Positions 35,435 through 45,870 of a DNA stretch of 64,000 nt are shown here, piece by piece. The stretch lies in the IMG/VR virus record IMGVR_UViG_3300022602_000027. The stretch is one strand, 5' to 3'. Numbering within the stretch: position 1 is the first letter of the stretch; every line of letters begins with the position of its first letter. The notes beneath the pieces were generated by a model that saw only the letters and a list, made by a program, of their open reading frames with translations, searched no databases and was not told the DNA's origin. Position numbers and translations under genes: made by a program. Origin of the DNA: a virus. Taxonomy: Duplodnaviria > Caudoviricetes.

Positions 35435-35667
35435 TAAAACTCCAGTTCGTCGATATCATCATTGTCTTCACTATCCTCATCGAGGTAGTATTCAATTGCG
35501 CTATCTAAAACAGGATCTACTCCCATAGAACCCTGCATGATTCTATCAGTAGTACCAAAGTCTGCCAATAGATCTACATAACGCTCTGCTACTACTTCGA
35601 CTTGTTTCTTATCGATATAATCAGAAAATAGTACCCAGATATCACCAATTTGTTGTTCATTCAACAT
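35434..35667 (-). CDS. Small acidic hypothetical protein
   Basis: Coupled between uvsX and uvsY. Confidence 0.7.
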   Translation of the reverse strand: MLNEQQIGDIWVLFSDYIDKKQVEVVAERYVDLLADFGTTDRIMQGSMGVDPVLDSAIEYYLDEDSEDNDDIDELEF

Positions 35668-36715
35668 CTTCTTCTTTCTCCTCAGGAATGGTTGTTGTTT
35701 CAGAAGTTTTCAAATGAAATTTATTCATTATCATATCTAATTTATCATCTTTCCATTCTTTTCGGTAGAATTTGAATTCCTCACCTGTCTCTGGATCAAC
35801 CCACTTCAAGCGGTTACCTTCTTGTTTTAATATGCCGGCTTTTTCGCACATATCAACCATACCTGAATAAGGATTCATACCTGTTTCGTATGGAATCTTA
35901 ATTTGCACAGTTTCAAAAGGCTTTGCGTAACGAGTTTTCATAATCTTACAAGCGGCACGAATACCCATTACATCTGACACTTTGTTACCATCCTCATCCT
36001 CTTTGAGTTTGAGTTTTTTCATAGCAACAACAATACTAGATGCGTAAACAAAACCTTGTCCACCTGAAATCTTGTCGTCTGGATCGAACATATCTTGGCT
36101 TGCGTATGTGTGATTTGTACAAACCATACCTACGTTATAATTACCAAACATGTTAACACAATTACGAACAAGAGCGGTTAGTGCTTTAGGCTTACGACCC
36201 ATGTCACCTTTCAAATCACCCGCTTCAAACTGATTAATATCAGTAGGTGTCAAAAGCATACCAAGGCTGTCTATGACAAAGAGGACCTTCGGACGGTCAG
36301 TCATTTCCTTGTATTCTTTCATGAATTCGTGAATGGTTTTTGCTACATCATCAATCATTGCCATGTTGAGTTTGAGCAACTTATCTTCACTTGTATCAAC
36401 ACCAAGTGCCTTTAACCATGCTTCATCTAACGCATTTTCTGTATCAACTAAGATAACATAAATGCCTTGAGCTTGTGCGTTGCGTACTAGGTTACCTGAA
36501 CAGATAAATGATTTTCCTGCACCTGATTCGCCGGCAAATACAGTAACTTTGCCAAGCGGAACACCTTTGTGGAAATCTCCACTGATTAGATAGTTCAGGG
36601 TATAATTACCTGTACTAACCCAATCTGTAGGATCATTAAATCCTACACCTAAACCATCAATTGACTTGGTTAGGGTTTTTCTAAACTTTGATAAATCGAA
36701 GGCTTTTGTAGCCAT
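35657..36715 (-). CDS. uvsX: UvsX/RecA recombinase
   Basis: AGESGAGKS, DTENALD, IDSLG and SGGQG motifs. Confidence 0.93.
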   Translation of the reverse strand: MATKAFDLSKFRKTLTKSIDGLGVGFNDPTDWVSTGNYTLNYLISGDFHKGVPLGKVTVFAGESGAGKSFICSGNLVRNAQAQGIYVILVDTENALDEAWLKALGVDTSEDKLLKLNMAMIDDVAKTIHEFMKEYKEMTDRPKVLFVIDSLGMLLTPTDINQFEAGDLKGDMGRKPKALTALVRNCVNMFGNYNVGMVCTNHTYASQDMFDPDDKISGGQGFVYASSIVVAMKKLKLKEDEDGNKVSDVMGIRAACKIMKTRYAKPFETVQIKIPYETGMNPYSGMVDMCEKAGILKQEGNRLKWVDPETGEEFKFYRKEWKDDKLDMIMNKFHLKTSETTTIPEEKEEDVE

Positions 36716-36736
36716 ATTGAATCTCCTAAATGATTA

Positions 36737-36756
36737 TAGGGGACCGAAGTCCCCTA
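36737..36756 (-). terminator. cUUCGg hairpin after gp32
   Basis: TAGGGGAC-TTCG-GTCCCCTA on the - strand. Confidence 0.55.
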
Positions 36757-36765
36757 CCCGTGTGC

Positions 36766-37740
36766 TTACTTCTGACGATTGCGAATCATTGCCAAGATGT
36801 CTTGGGCACGTGAATCACCGCCTGCACTTGCTTCAGCTTTTGGTGCTGATGGAGCAGGTGCTGCCTTAGCCACTGGTGCCTCATCTGGATCGATGCTGTC
36901 ATCAACTGGCGCACTTGCTTTAGGAGTTGCTTTTACAGGATCGCCAGTTGCTTGGCCAATACCTGCTGGTTTGAAATATTGTCCCCAACGGTCCATGTCA
37001 TATGGTTCGCCGTCAACTGATGCTTCAAACATTTCTTTAATAACTTTCAACTCAACTTCACCTGGTTTCTTAGGCAAGAAATCTGACAAGTTATACAATC
37101 CATGTTGCTTAACTGCCGCTTGTTCGGCATCGCTTAGTGGACGCTCACGACGTGCCCAACTTGAAGTTGAGTAGTCAGCATAACCACCTTTAGATGTTTT
37201 CTTCATGCGATAGTCTAAGCCATTGATATAATCAGTTGGCAAATCTTCCAACTCTGGATCCACTAATGCGGCACGAATTGATTGGAAAATTTGAGGTCCA
37301 ATGATAAATCTACGGATTGGGTTTTCTGGAGTTTCTTTTTCTTGAAGTCCGTCTTCTACAACGAAACCTTGGAAAATATAACTACGCTTTTTCCAGTACT
37401 TACGACCCATATCTTCCAATGCTGGATCCTTAAACCAAGGACGCACTTCTGTCAAGATTGGACATGTGTCTCCATACATTTCCATGCATGGTACTTGTAC
37501 TGTGATGTTTTTGCTTTCAGATTCGCCTTTGATACCTGCAAAGGGAAGTTTGATCATTGCACGTTCAACCCAGAAAAATGTGTTATCTGTGTTGCCGTCT
37601 GGTAAGAATCGCAGAACGGATTCGTCACCTTCTTTTAAGTTCCAGAATGCGTAAATTGAATTATCGCCCCCAGTTCTTTCTCCTGAACCTTTTTGCTCAG
37701 ATGCTTTTAGTTTTGCTCGAATTTCAGCCAAAGTTGCCAT
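36766..37740 (-). CDS. gp32: Single-stranded DNA-binding protein (gp32-like)
   Basis: LRFLPDG, CMEMYGDTCP, YWKKRSY and YADYSTS motifs; between recombination genes. Confidence 0.88.
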   Translation of the reverse strand: MATLAEIRAKLKASEQKGSGERTGGDNSIYAFWNLKEGDESVLRFLPDGNTDNTFFWVERAMIKLPFAGIKGESESKNITVQVPCMEMYGDTCPILTEVRPWFKDPALEDMGRKYWKKRSYIFQGFVVEDGLQEKETPENPIRRFIIGPQIFQSIRAALVDPELEDLPTDYINGLDYRMKKTSKGGYADYSTSSWARRERPLSDAEQAAVKQHGLYNLSDFLPKKPGEVELKVIKEMFEASVDGEPYDMDRWGQYFKPAGIGQATGDPVKATPKASAPVDDSIDPDEAPVAKAAPAPSAPKAEASAGGDSRAQDILAMIRNRQK

Positions 37741-37892
37741 AATATTTCTCCTTTAATATGCCTTTGTTTGCTTTTTATTTGCCTGTATGTTTTACGTCCT
37801 GTAAAACAAAAAGTGCATATACTTTGTAGTATACGCACTTTTATTTAGTATCGCAAGAAGAATCTTGCCTAAAATATGAGTATTTTACTCAA

Positions 37893-40460
37893 TTATCTAT
37901 AATGTACCAAACTGACAATTCGTTTCAAATCATCGTAGCTGGTTGTCTCAGCAACTGACTCTTTGCCGACTGATACGTGTACATCTTGCGGATTTCCTGG
38001 TTCTTGATGATGTCCCATTTGATGTCCGTGATCAACTGGTTGGCTTGGATCTAATTTGTCAATCATTGTAATAACTTGTTTGACATGGTGTGGAGTAGCA
38101 CCTTTGAACGCACCATTTTTAAAATCTTTTAAAATTTTAATTTTAGCTCTCATTCCGCCAATTGTAAAATTCTTTTCTTGTGGATTAAAGAAACCGGTAA
38201 TTGATTTCATCATTTCTTCAATTGGAGCATCATGACGAGCTTGTGGTTTCGTTGGCATATCGCAACCACATTCTTCCATTGCTTCACCTAATGTCATTAC
38301 TCTATGTCCAAAATCTAATTTAGTGTTTAAATCAGCGCCTGCTTCAAAAACTCTAATTAGTTTTGCTTTAAGTTTTGCCATGCTTTCTGCTACAGGAGGA
38401 GCCGGAGGCATTGCACCTGTTTCAGGAGCAGTAGGTGCTTCTGCGGGAGGTGCACCTGCTTCTGGTCCTGGAGGAACTTCACCTTCTGGAGGCATTGCAC
38501 CTGCTTCTGGTCCTGGAGGAACTTCACCTTCTGGAGGAGCACCTGCGCCCATATCAGGGGGAACTTCTTCACCGCCTACTGGAACTTCTGGGCTAACATC
38601 TAATGCCTTGCTGGCTATTAATTCTTGTGCAATATCTTTTGCTCTAGGTGCAAAAGGTTCTTGAATTTCACCATCTGCAACATCTTTTAGATATAACTTA
38701 ATTGCAGTGCCGGCATCATCGTTATCAGATAAACCTTTTAAGAATTTTTCTGTAAATTGTTCGCTATCAATAATGCCTTTTAAACTTGCTACAGCATTGA
38801 TGCCATCAACACCTGGCTTTAATCCACCAGCCATTAATTGTTTTAATTGTTCAATAGCTTGTGTTCTTTTAGCAACATCTGGACTAAACAAGTTGTTATT
38901 GCCAATTGCAGTTTCTTCGTCTTCATTCATTAAGCTATCTATGAATGACTCAAATTGATCTTCTGGTAAGTTTGGAACATGGTGTTGTCCTAAACTTCCT
39001 CGAATATCATTTTTCATACGATTTCTTCTATCAGCTGTAAGTTTTCCTTTTGAGCTGCCTTTACTAGATATACTACCATACCCCCAGTTTTCAGGATCGT
39101 TGTGATGTTTAGGTAAATTATTTCTAGTATCTAATGGATCTGTCCATACAGTATCTCTATCAAATGTAGAGCGTTTTTGTCCAGGATCTTTTTTAGGTCT
39201 TTCTTTCATCCCGTACCCGTAATCTATATGATCGTAATCGTCGCTATCGCCTTTCTTTTGAGTAAACAGTTTACCTTTATACTTAGGATCACGCCACTTA
39301 GCAGATTCTTCCATGTCTTCATAATCTTTAGGATCATGTTCATTGTAGTGTAAGTGTTCTAATGCTTCTTGACGGCTCCAGTGATACTTACGCATCAAAT
39401 GTTCAATCTTTGCACTTTCATCATCGTCATCGTGATGATTTTCATCTAATAAATCATCTGGTGATAATTCTTTAACTGGAATTTCGCTTTCGTCTACTAA
39501 ACGGAAAATGTATGGGAACGCTGTTTTTAAATCTTCGTTAAATGTGCGGATTGTTAAACGATCAATCCAGTCATTCATAATTTCTTCTGGAATCATTTGA
39601 TCTTCTGCATCTTCAAATGATTCTGCAAATGCTTCATAATACGAAGGACGTTGTAGCATGGCTACTTCTTTTTTAACAGCTTCAATGCGTTCCATTACAC
39701 GTGGTGTAATGTCATTCATAGCTTCTGCTAAATTACCGTTGCGTGTAACATAGCCTTTGAATTTACGTAATTGTGTTAGTTCTTCTGAAAGGTTTGAAAT
39801 GTGTTGTCCAATTGAATCGTAAGGATTGCCACCATGTTTTAAATGTTCTGCCATTGCACGAGCACCGTTAAGGTGTTTGAATGGATATTTAAAACGCTCA
39901 CCGTCTGCATTTTCAACATAGATGCTGTCAATGTGCATTGTACGTCCAGCGGCAACTTCAGGATTAACAGGTTGACTGTGTTTAATAACTAGGCGAGCTT
40001 CGCCTAAATCTTGATAGCTCATACGAGCATTGCCGTACATCTTACTTTCCATAACAGGTTGTTGCGATTGCATAACTGGTTCTTCCTTAGGTTTCGCTTG
40101 AAAATTATAATCTCGTTTGTCTAGATGATCCTTGCCAATGTTTTGCACATGGAATTTTAATAAGCGATTTTTAGCAAATTGTCTAAAACTGCGAATAAAT
40201 CTAAATGCGCCATAGTGCTTGCTGTCAGCTAATTTTCCACTGATTTGCACAATGATGCCGTCATCTTCGTCTAGTGTAATAGCAATCGTTCCTAACTTTT
40301 CACCACTCTCTTCGTATTCAAACTCAAAGAATCGTGCTTTAGGAATATCGGTTTTTTTGCTTAAAACACCAGCATTTTCATCGCCAATCTTAATGTTAGG
40401 AAAACGTGTTTCAATTTTCCCATACAAATCCTTGGCTATACTATCTAAATTCTTGTTCAT
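37893..40460 (-). CDS. Large acidic virion/prohead-core-like protein
   Basis: Start re-assigned to ATG 40460 after a TAAATA promoter; Glu-rich with Pro-rich linker. Confidence 0.65.
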   Translation of the reverse strand: MNKNLDSIAKDLYGKIETRFPNIKIGDENAGVLSKKTDIPKARFFEFEYEESGEKLGTIAITLDEDDGIIVQISGKLADSKHYGAFRFIRSFRQFAKNRLLKFHVQNIGKDHLDKRDYNFQAKPKEEPVMQSQQPVMESKMYGNARMSYQDLGEARLVIKHSQPVNPEVAAGRTMHIDSIYVENADGERFKYPFKHLNGARAMAEHLKHGGNPYDSIGQHISNLSEELTQLRKFKGYVTRNGNLAEAMNDITPRVMERIEAVKKEVAMLQRPSYYEAFAESFEDAEDQMIPEEIMNDWIDRLTIRTFNEDLKTAFPYIFRLVDESEIPVKELSPDDLLDENHHDDDDESAKIEHLMRKYHWSRQEALEHLHYNEHDPKDYEDMEESAKWRDPKYKGKLFTQKKGDSDDYDHIDYGYGMKERPKKDPGQKRSTFDRDTVWTDPLDTRNNLPKHHNDPENWGYGSISSKGSSKGKLTADRRNRMKNDIRGSLGQHHVPNLPEDQFESFIDSLMNEDEETAIGNNNLFSPDVAKRTQAIEQLKQLMAGGLKPGVDGINAVASLKGIIDSEQFTEKFLKGLSDNDDAGTAIKLYLKDVADGEIQEPFAPRAKDIAQELIASKALDVSPEVPVGGEEVPPDMGAGAPPEGEVPPGPEAGAMPPEGEVPPGPEAGAPPAEAPTAPETGAMPPAPPVAESMAKLKAKLIRVFEAGADLNTKLDFGHRVMTLGEAMEECGCDMPTKPQARHDAPIEEMMKSITGFFNPQEKNFTIGGMRAKIKILKDFKNGAFKGATPHHVKQVITMIDKLDPSQPVDHGHQMGHHQEPGNPQDVHVSVGKESVAETTSYDDLKRIVSLVHYR
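38451..38537. repeat. 45-bp coding tandem repeat (PPEGEVPPGPEAGA)
   Basis: Units at 38451 and 38496. Confidence 0.88.
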
Positions 40461-40470
40461 GTTATATTTA

Positions 40471-42072
40471 TCATATACCCGACGATATGAATATAGGCAA
40501 CGGTGGCTCAAACTCTGGATCTTCTGCCCAGTCGCTAGTTACACGTATGCGCTCAAATACATCTGGATCCCATTCTGATAGCACTTCGCTCATGCGTACA
40601 ACTAGCAATGTTGCTGATACTAAATCGTCATGTTGTCCTTCTTTAGCTTTAAAAGTTATATTATGGGCAATATAAGTTTTAAGCTCTGAAATTAAAGGAC
40701 GACTATGAACTGTCATCTTATCTTCTTCTATTAGGAATTTAACCTTAGCGCAAGCCGCAATTTTTGACCCATGCGTAGTGTTAAATCCTTTACGATATTT
40801 CTTAACATTACCTTTGCGTACAGCTTCTGTAAGCATTACTCCCGGGAACGTTTCTTCACCTAAATTGTCAATAACTACTAGGGCACTTTCACCGACTGTG
40901 TTATTTTCCACACTCCAGTAAATGTAATTGTATGCTTCTCCACCTACTTCATCATTAATATATTTTAATATATCACGCAGTATTTTAACCTGCTGTTGAA
41001 TAGGGGTTATATTATGTTGCCACTCTGCTACTTGTATCATAGAGGGCATTTCAAATACTTCAATAGCACCATAGTCGCCTCCGGTGCCTAGACTAGGATC
41101 TAATGCGGCTAGATAAACTTTACCTTCTTCAGGCTTTTTATACCATCGAACTTGCCCCATTTTAAACAAGGGCTCTCGTCCAACCATATCAATAAGTTTA
41201 AGTGAATTAATTAGTGTTTCATCGTATACTAAGAACTCACAACCGTATTCACGACGGAAACGTTCTTCACCGATACGTCCCATCTCAGTCTTTTTCCATT
41301 CTTCTCCACGATCTGGATGTTCCCACCAGTCTGCTTTAAATCCATGGAACCCGTTACGTCCTAATCCGTCTTCACGTGTGTCGCCATATTCATCAAATTT
41401 ATCCTGCGACTCTTTCCAAATAATAGCAAATGTATCTTCGTCACTGTTTGGTGTTGAAGTAATAATTGCTCGTCCACCAGTTGCTAGTGTTGGCGATATT
41501 GATGTCCAAAACTCTTCTGCAATATTAGGTTGCAAGAATGCAAACTCGTCACAGTATAGTAGGGAAATTGACATACCACGACCAGTATTGCCGGTAGTAG
41601 TAGCTGATACAATTCTTGATCCATTTTCAAACTCCATTGAGCCTTTGTTATAGTTTACCACACCTGCCCTAATATGGTCAGGACATAATTCGTATCCATA
41701 GCGGATGCGTTGCATAATTTCTTGTGCGCCTGTATATTTGTGCGCGGCAATTAGAATTGTTTGATCCGGATGAAACATAGCATACCACAACAAGTATGCC
41801 GACGCACAAGTTGTTTTACCACTTTGACGCGGTAGCATATTAATATTAAAACGAAAATCGTGATATGCGTCTAACAATCTTTCCTGATATTCATAGGGTT
41901 CAAATTTTATCTTACCTTTAACAGGGTGCTGAATATGAAAGAAGTTTTTAGAGAAATAGTGATAACCATTTTTGGGGTCAGCACAGGCTAGAAGGTCCTG
42001 GACCTGCTGTTCTGTAAACTTTTCTTTGGTGTGAGCCTTTTTTGTTAAGACCCCGTCGAGACTTTTTGTCAT
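40471..42072 (-). CDS. gp17: Terminase large subunit
   Basis: PRQSGKT, YCDEFAF, TSTPN, ALDPSLG and HDDLV motifs. Confidence 0.95.
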   Translation of the reverse strand: MTKSLDGVLTKKAHTKEKFTEQQVQDLLACADPKNGYHYFSKNFFHIQHPVKGKIKFEPYEYQERLLDAYHDFRFNINMLPRQSGKTTCASAYLLWYAMFHPDQTILIAAHKYTGAQEIMQRIRYGYELCPDHIRAGVVNYNKGSMEFENGSRIVSATTTGNTGRGMSISLLYCDEFAFLQPNIAEEFWTSISPTLATGGRAIITSTPNSDEDTFAIIWKESQDKFDEYGDTREDGLGRNGFHGFKADWWEHPDRGEEWKKTEMGRIGEERFRREYGCEFLVYDETLINSLKLIDMVGREPLFKMGQVRWYKKPEEGKVYLAALDPSLGTGGDYGAIEVFEMPSMIQVAEWQHNITPIQQQVKILRDILKYINDEVGGEAYNYIYWSVENNTVGESALVVIDNLGEETFPGVMLTEAVRKGNVKKYRKGFNTTHGSKIAACAKVKFLIEEDKMTVHSRPLISELKTYIAHNITFKAKEGQHDDLVSATLLVVRMSEVLSEWDPDVFERIRVTSDWAEDPEFEPPLPIFISSGI

Positions 42073-42086
42073 AACACTATTTACCG

Positions 42087-42114
42087 AAAAAAATAGACCC
42101 CTTAGGGTCTATTT
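42087..42114 (-). terminator. Intrinsic terminator
   Basis: AAATAGACCC-loop-GGGTCTATTT with T tract on the - strand. Confidence 0.7.
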
Positions 42115-42146
42115 GGCACCTTGGACAGGGTGCTAACTGCGACGAA

Positions 42147-42851
42147 TTACTTCTTCATTTTTTCTGTTTCACGGCGAGCTTTATCACTCATGTTAGTTAC
42201 TTTGCCACGGCCGTCTTTGTTTGTAGCCTTGCGCCATGGAGTTTCTTCTTTCCATTTAGTAACTTCACCCTTTTCGTTCTTTTCTTCCGTACGTTCTTCT
42301 TTAATAGCCTGGTACATTTGACTTAAACGATTTACTAATGACTCATCATACTGACTTGGTTCACGCAATGGGTTTGTTCCTGAAGCACGGGCAACTGGGC
42401 TAATTTTGCCCTTGCTGTTCATATCATCGCCGCTGAATGTAACTGCATCAACACCGTGTGTATGATGTCCAGATCCACCGTACGCTGAATTACCCCATTC
42501 CTCGTGTTCGTCATCAATAACTTCTTCAACATCAGTCGGAGCAGTGGTAAATGGACTGTCATTACTTTGCCCTTCGTTGTCATTGCCCATGATAGGTTCT
42601 TCGTGCCCATGTTGATTATGGCCAGCATGTTCTTCACCTTGCTCAATGTTGCGCAACATATTCATAATGCTACGAAGTCCGCCTTCGCCTTGTCCGTTAA
42701 CATTAATAGTCATTGAAACATTGTCTTGCTGTCCTTGAGGACCTGCAGAAATAATTGCACCGGGAATTGGCATTGTGCCACATTCATCAACTTCAATTGC
42801 CTTTCCTTCCTGGATAGCATCCATCTTTGCGATTAAGTCTTTAAAATTCAT
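42147..42851 (-). CDS. Putative head internal/core protein
   Basis: MNFKDLIAKMDAIQE leader; acidic, low complexity. Confidence 0.6.
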   Translation of the reverse strand: MNFKDLIAKMDAIQEGKAIEVDECGTMPIPGAIISAGPQGQQDNVSMTINVNGQGEGGLRSIMNMLRNIEQGEEHAGHNQHGHEEPIMGNDNEGQSNDSPFTTAPTDVEEVIDDEHEEWGNSAYGGSGHHTHGVDAVTFSGDDMNSKGKISPVARASGTNPLREPSQYDESLVNRLSQMYQAIKEERTEEKNEKGEVTKWKEETPWRKATNKDGRGKVTNMSDKARRETEKMKK

Positions 42852-43483
42852 TATCTTGCTCCCTTCATTGGATCAGTAATCTTATTTTGTTTTGTTCCAA
42901 TAGGACTAGCATGAGCTGTTTCCAACTTAGCTTGTTTTTCTTTACGATATTCTGGAGCAAGACCAGGAACGTCTTTAGCTAGGATCTGATCATTATATCC
43001 TTTGACTTGCGTACCTTGATGTTTTTCTTTGCCTAATTCTTTTAGTAATTGATATTTGTATTCGTCATTAACTAAGTTACTATGATTGCTAGGTTCTTGT
43101 TCTTTACCAACTAGAGCTTTACCACTTTTTGTATCATACTCGTGATTTATTTCATATTCTCTTTCTTCTGCTATGCTTCGAACTTTAACATGATTATGCG
43201 TAATTCCTAGTCCTGTAGCAACACGGTCACGAATTTGTAACCCAGTTGCTGGATAGTCTGTAGAAACATCATACACAGTCATTTGTGTATTTCTGTGCTC
43301 TGGAAATTCTGCTTGACGCTCTTGAATTGGAGTTGTTTTGCCAGAAGAAACTGACTGCACGTGGAATTCAGCAAGAGAGGCTTTGATTTGCTCTACTGCG
43401 TCTTTGGCGTGATCGCCAGCAATTTTAATCTTAAATTCATAGATTTTTTTGCTTTCTGTTAAGTATTCTTTAAATGATTTCAT
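42851..43483 (-). CDS. Putative head protein
   Basis: MKSFKEYLTE leader; late promoter. Confidence 0.65.
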   Translation of the reverse strand: MKSFKEYLTESKKIYEFKIKIAGDHAKDAVEQIKASLAEFHVQSVSSGKTTPIQERQAEFPEHRNTQMTVYDVSTDYPATGLQIRDRVATGLGITHNHVKVRSIAEEREYEINHEYDTKSGKALVGKEQEPSNHSNLVNDEYKYQLLKELGKEKHQGTQVKGYNDQILAKDVPGLAPEYRKEKQAKLETAHASPIGTKQNKITDPMKGAR

Positions 43484-43504
43484 AGTATGATCCTAGTCAT
43501 ATAT

Positions 43505-43987
43505 TTATTTTAAATTCTTCAATTTTTCTAACAAGCTATTACGATCTGTAATAATAACACCGTCGCCTTGAAGTGTTACACCCTCATCAGAGTTATTAGC
43601 ATCTTGATCTAATTTCTGCTTTTTCAGCTGTAAATCGATCATCTTTAACTTTTTATCTAGTTTAGCAGTTTTAGCAGTAATAGCGTTGCCTAACATACTT
43701 GCGGCTACTTCAAACAAACGTCCGCTATAACGTGCTTCTACGTTCATACCTAAGTCCATGATGTCTTCGTATGCTTCTGTAGCTTTTTTAGCAAGCTCGT
43801 CTAATTCGCTATCGCCTAAATCACCTAAACCCTTAACTGGCGGAAGTGCGGCTGATATTTTATCAAACTCAGCCATGTCTCGTAGAAACGGTTTAGCTAC
43901 ATCAGCTTTAGCCTGTTTTTTTTCTTCGTCCTTGACAATCTTTTTGCTTTCGGGAAGATTGAGAACCTCTTCTAATCGTTTAGTCAT
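43505..43987 (-). CDS. gp16: Terminase small subunit-like protein
   Basis: ARYSGRLFEVAASML..coiled coil..DRNSLLEKL resembles gp16; position near gp4 and gp17. Confidence 0.6.
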   Translation of the reverse strand: MTKRLEEVLNLPESKKIVKDEEKKQAKADVAKPFLRDMAEFDKISAALPPVKGLGDLGDSELDELAKKATEAYEDIMDLGMNVEARYSGRLFEVAASMLGNAITAKTAKLDKKLKMIDLQLKKQKLDQDANNSDEGVTLQGDGVIITDRNSLLEKLKNLK

Positions 43988-44001
43988 AATATTACTTATG
44001 C

Positions 44002-44430
44002 TTAGATTTGACTGAAGATATCATTTTCATTAAGAATCCTAAATTTAATACCTTGTTGTTTGCACCATAAGTTAGCAGCCGCCCATTTGGCTTGATTTTT
44101 AACAAATTGTGCTTGGTTGAATTTATTCTTACCTACACGTTCTAGTATAGTTTGACTAGCTGGTTTTATTTCTATCAGCTCTACGTGCATTTTATTATTT
44201 TTGTCCATGTACTGAATGAAAAAATCAGGAACATAAACAGTTTGACGTTCAGTTAGGGGATCTCTGTAGGGAATTTGTACAGCTTCACTAGCCCACTTAG
44301 CTACATTCTCGTTAGTATCACAGAAGTTCATAAAACTCCATTCCCAACTTGAACGATATGTTGGAGTTTTAGTTCCAACATATTTTTCAGGGTGTTTCAT
44401 TGTGAACTTGCCGCGAGCAAATTTAGCCAT
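44002..44430 (-). CDS. gp4: Head completion nuclease (gp4-like, TnsA-type PD-(D/E)XK)
   Basis: YRSSWE..F..CD..WASE..YVPDF..IEIKP..Q. Confidence 0.88.
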   Translation of the reverse strand: MAKFARGKFTMKHPEKYVGTKTPTYRSSWEWSFMNFCDTNENVAKWASEAVQIPYRDPLTERQTVYVPDFFIQYMDKNNKMHVELIEIKPASQTILERVGKNKFNQAQFVKNQAKWAAANLWCKQQGIKFRILNENDIFSQI

Positions 44431-44431
44431 A

Positions 44432-44791
44432 TTACACTAAAATGTTACGTGCTTCAAACGTGGCAGTATTGATAGCAGTTCTATAGCCTAACTGGCTAGT
44501 TTTTTCTCTGTAGGAATTTAGAACTTGAGTAATTACTTGCCCAAGCTGTATTTCAGTTAGTCCTTTTAATTTGTCTAGTAAACTAAACACACTAACATTT
44601 TCTACTCTAGCTTGATTAAGTAAGATAATAGCAGTTGAATTTGCACTTGAATTATCAAATCCACGTTTAATAAAAAATCCAACAGTAGCATCTATTTCTG
44701 CCGCAGGAAAACTTACTTGCTTTGTAAAATAATTATCAAAAACTAATTTAACTCCGCCTGTCTGCGATATAGGTAAATTTCCAGTAATCAT
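44432..44791 (-). CDS. Hypothetical structural-module protein
   Basis: Coupled ORF. Confidence 0.7.
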   Translation of the reverse strand: MITGNLPISQTGGVKLVFDNYFTKQVSFPAAEIDATVGFFIKRGFDNSSANSTAIILLNQARVENVSVFSLLDKLKGLTEIQLGQVITQVLNSYREKTSQLGYRTAINTATFEARNILV

Positions 44792-45795
44792 TAATTAGCA
44801 CCTTTAGGGTTAGCAGTAGTACTGTTATTTGTATTTGTCTGCGGAAACGATACCCCAGGAATTCCGTTAACAGTATTAGTTGATGTTGGGGTTAGTGCGC
44901 CAGGTGTTCCTGAATTTGCTGTAGGAGCTTGGGTATTCTGAGCATTAGATATTTGTGTAATTACACTAGATAAGATTGACCCTTTGGCACTTTCAATATC
45001 TAATGTTTGTACAAAGCTAGGATCAATAACCGTTGGATCTGGATTAACTCCACCTAGTGTACTTGGGCTAACATCATAATGACTTTGTCCAAATCCTTCT
45101 ACGCCGCCTGCAGGATCTTGTGCAGGATCAGTTGAACCAATATCATACGTTACTGCTTCATACATAATTTTCATATCAAATTCACGAGGCTTACCGTCAG
45201 AATAATCAACTTTATTGTGAGTCCAACTAGTAATAATAGGATTGCTTAGAGTGTATTGAACATACTCGTGTCGAGCCATTTGATATATTTTTATATAACT
45301 AAAAAACGGATCTGTACTACCGTTGTCTAATCCGTATGATGTTGGAGTAAAATCAAATTTCTTTGTTGCATTTCTATCATAGGCACCGTTTACTTTTGCT
45401 GATAAAGAATCAGCAAAATAATAAGCATAATAATTTTGCCACAATTGATTAATTAATCCCATATTATCATCGTGAAATTTAATAGTTATTTCACCAGGCT
45501 TATGATAATATTGTACTACTTTTTTTCTGTTGTATTGATTTAGCGTTTCTGTTTGCACAGTATAGCTTGGTAAATCAATACTTTTAACTAGCATATTAAT
45601 TTCTTGCCCGTAACGCTGTATAAGATTAATATTTTGTAAGGCACCTGAATTAATTCCAAACGCTACATGAAACTGAAATCCAAACTTAGGCGCTAATCTA
45701 AATTGATCAGCATTAAACAGATCTGCGGCATGTTGCCAATCGCGCAAATATACGTTTGGATTAGATTTTAAATTTTGATCGGCTGTGAATCCCAT
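44791..45795 (-). CDS. Tail tube-like baseplate/tube junction protein (gp48/gp54-like)
   Basis: VKSIDLPSY..ETLNQYNRK..ITIKFHDD tube fold next to the tube gene. Confidence 0.65.
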   Translation of the reverse strand: MGFTADQNLKSNPNVYLRDWQHAADLFNADQFRLAPKFGFQFHVAFGINSGALQNINLIQRYGQEINMLVKSIDLPSYTVQTETLNQYNRKKVVQYYHKPGEITIKFHDDNMGLINQLWQNYYAYYFADSLSAKVNGAYDRNATKKFDFTPTSYGLDNGSTDPFFSYIKIYQMARHEYVQYTLSNPIITSWTHNKVDYSDGKPREFDMKIMYEAVTYDIGSTDPAQDPAGGVEGFGQSHYDVSPSTLGGVNPDPTVIDPSFVQTLDIESAKGSILSSVITQISNAQNTQAPTANSGTPGALTPTSTNTVNGIPGVSFPQTNTNNSTTANPKGAN

Positions 45796-45843
45796 AGTAT
45801 TATTTATTTAAATAATTAAGTGCGTAGTTAATGAACACTCAAT

Positions 45844-45866
45844 AAAAAGCCTGCAACAGCAGGCTT
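45844..45866 (-). terminator. Terminator after tail tube gene
   Basis: AAGCCTGC stem with T tract on the - strand. Confidence 0.7.
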
Positions 45867-45870
45867 AGTA

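Noticed and set aside
22654-38537. Diversity-generating retroelement TR/VR from coding repeats
   Set aside because: Repeats are tandem in-frame protein repeats with no adenine-specific mismatches, and there is no reverse transcriptase.
32215-42072. Inteins or group I introns in terminase, UvsX, UvsW or helicase
   Set aside because: Genes have normal length and contiguous motifs; no splice or LAGLIDADG signatures.
44002-44430. Tn7 TnsA transposase / mobile element
   Set aside because: Size and context match T4 gp4 head-completion nuclease; no other transposon genes or ends.
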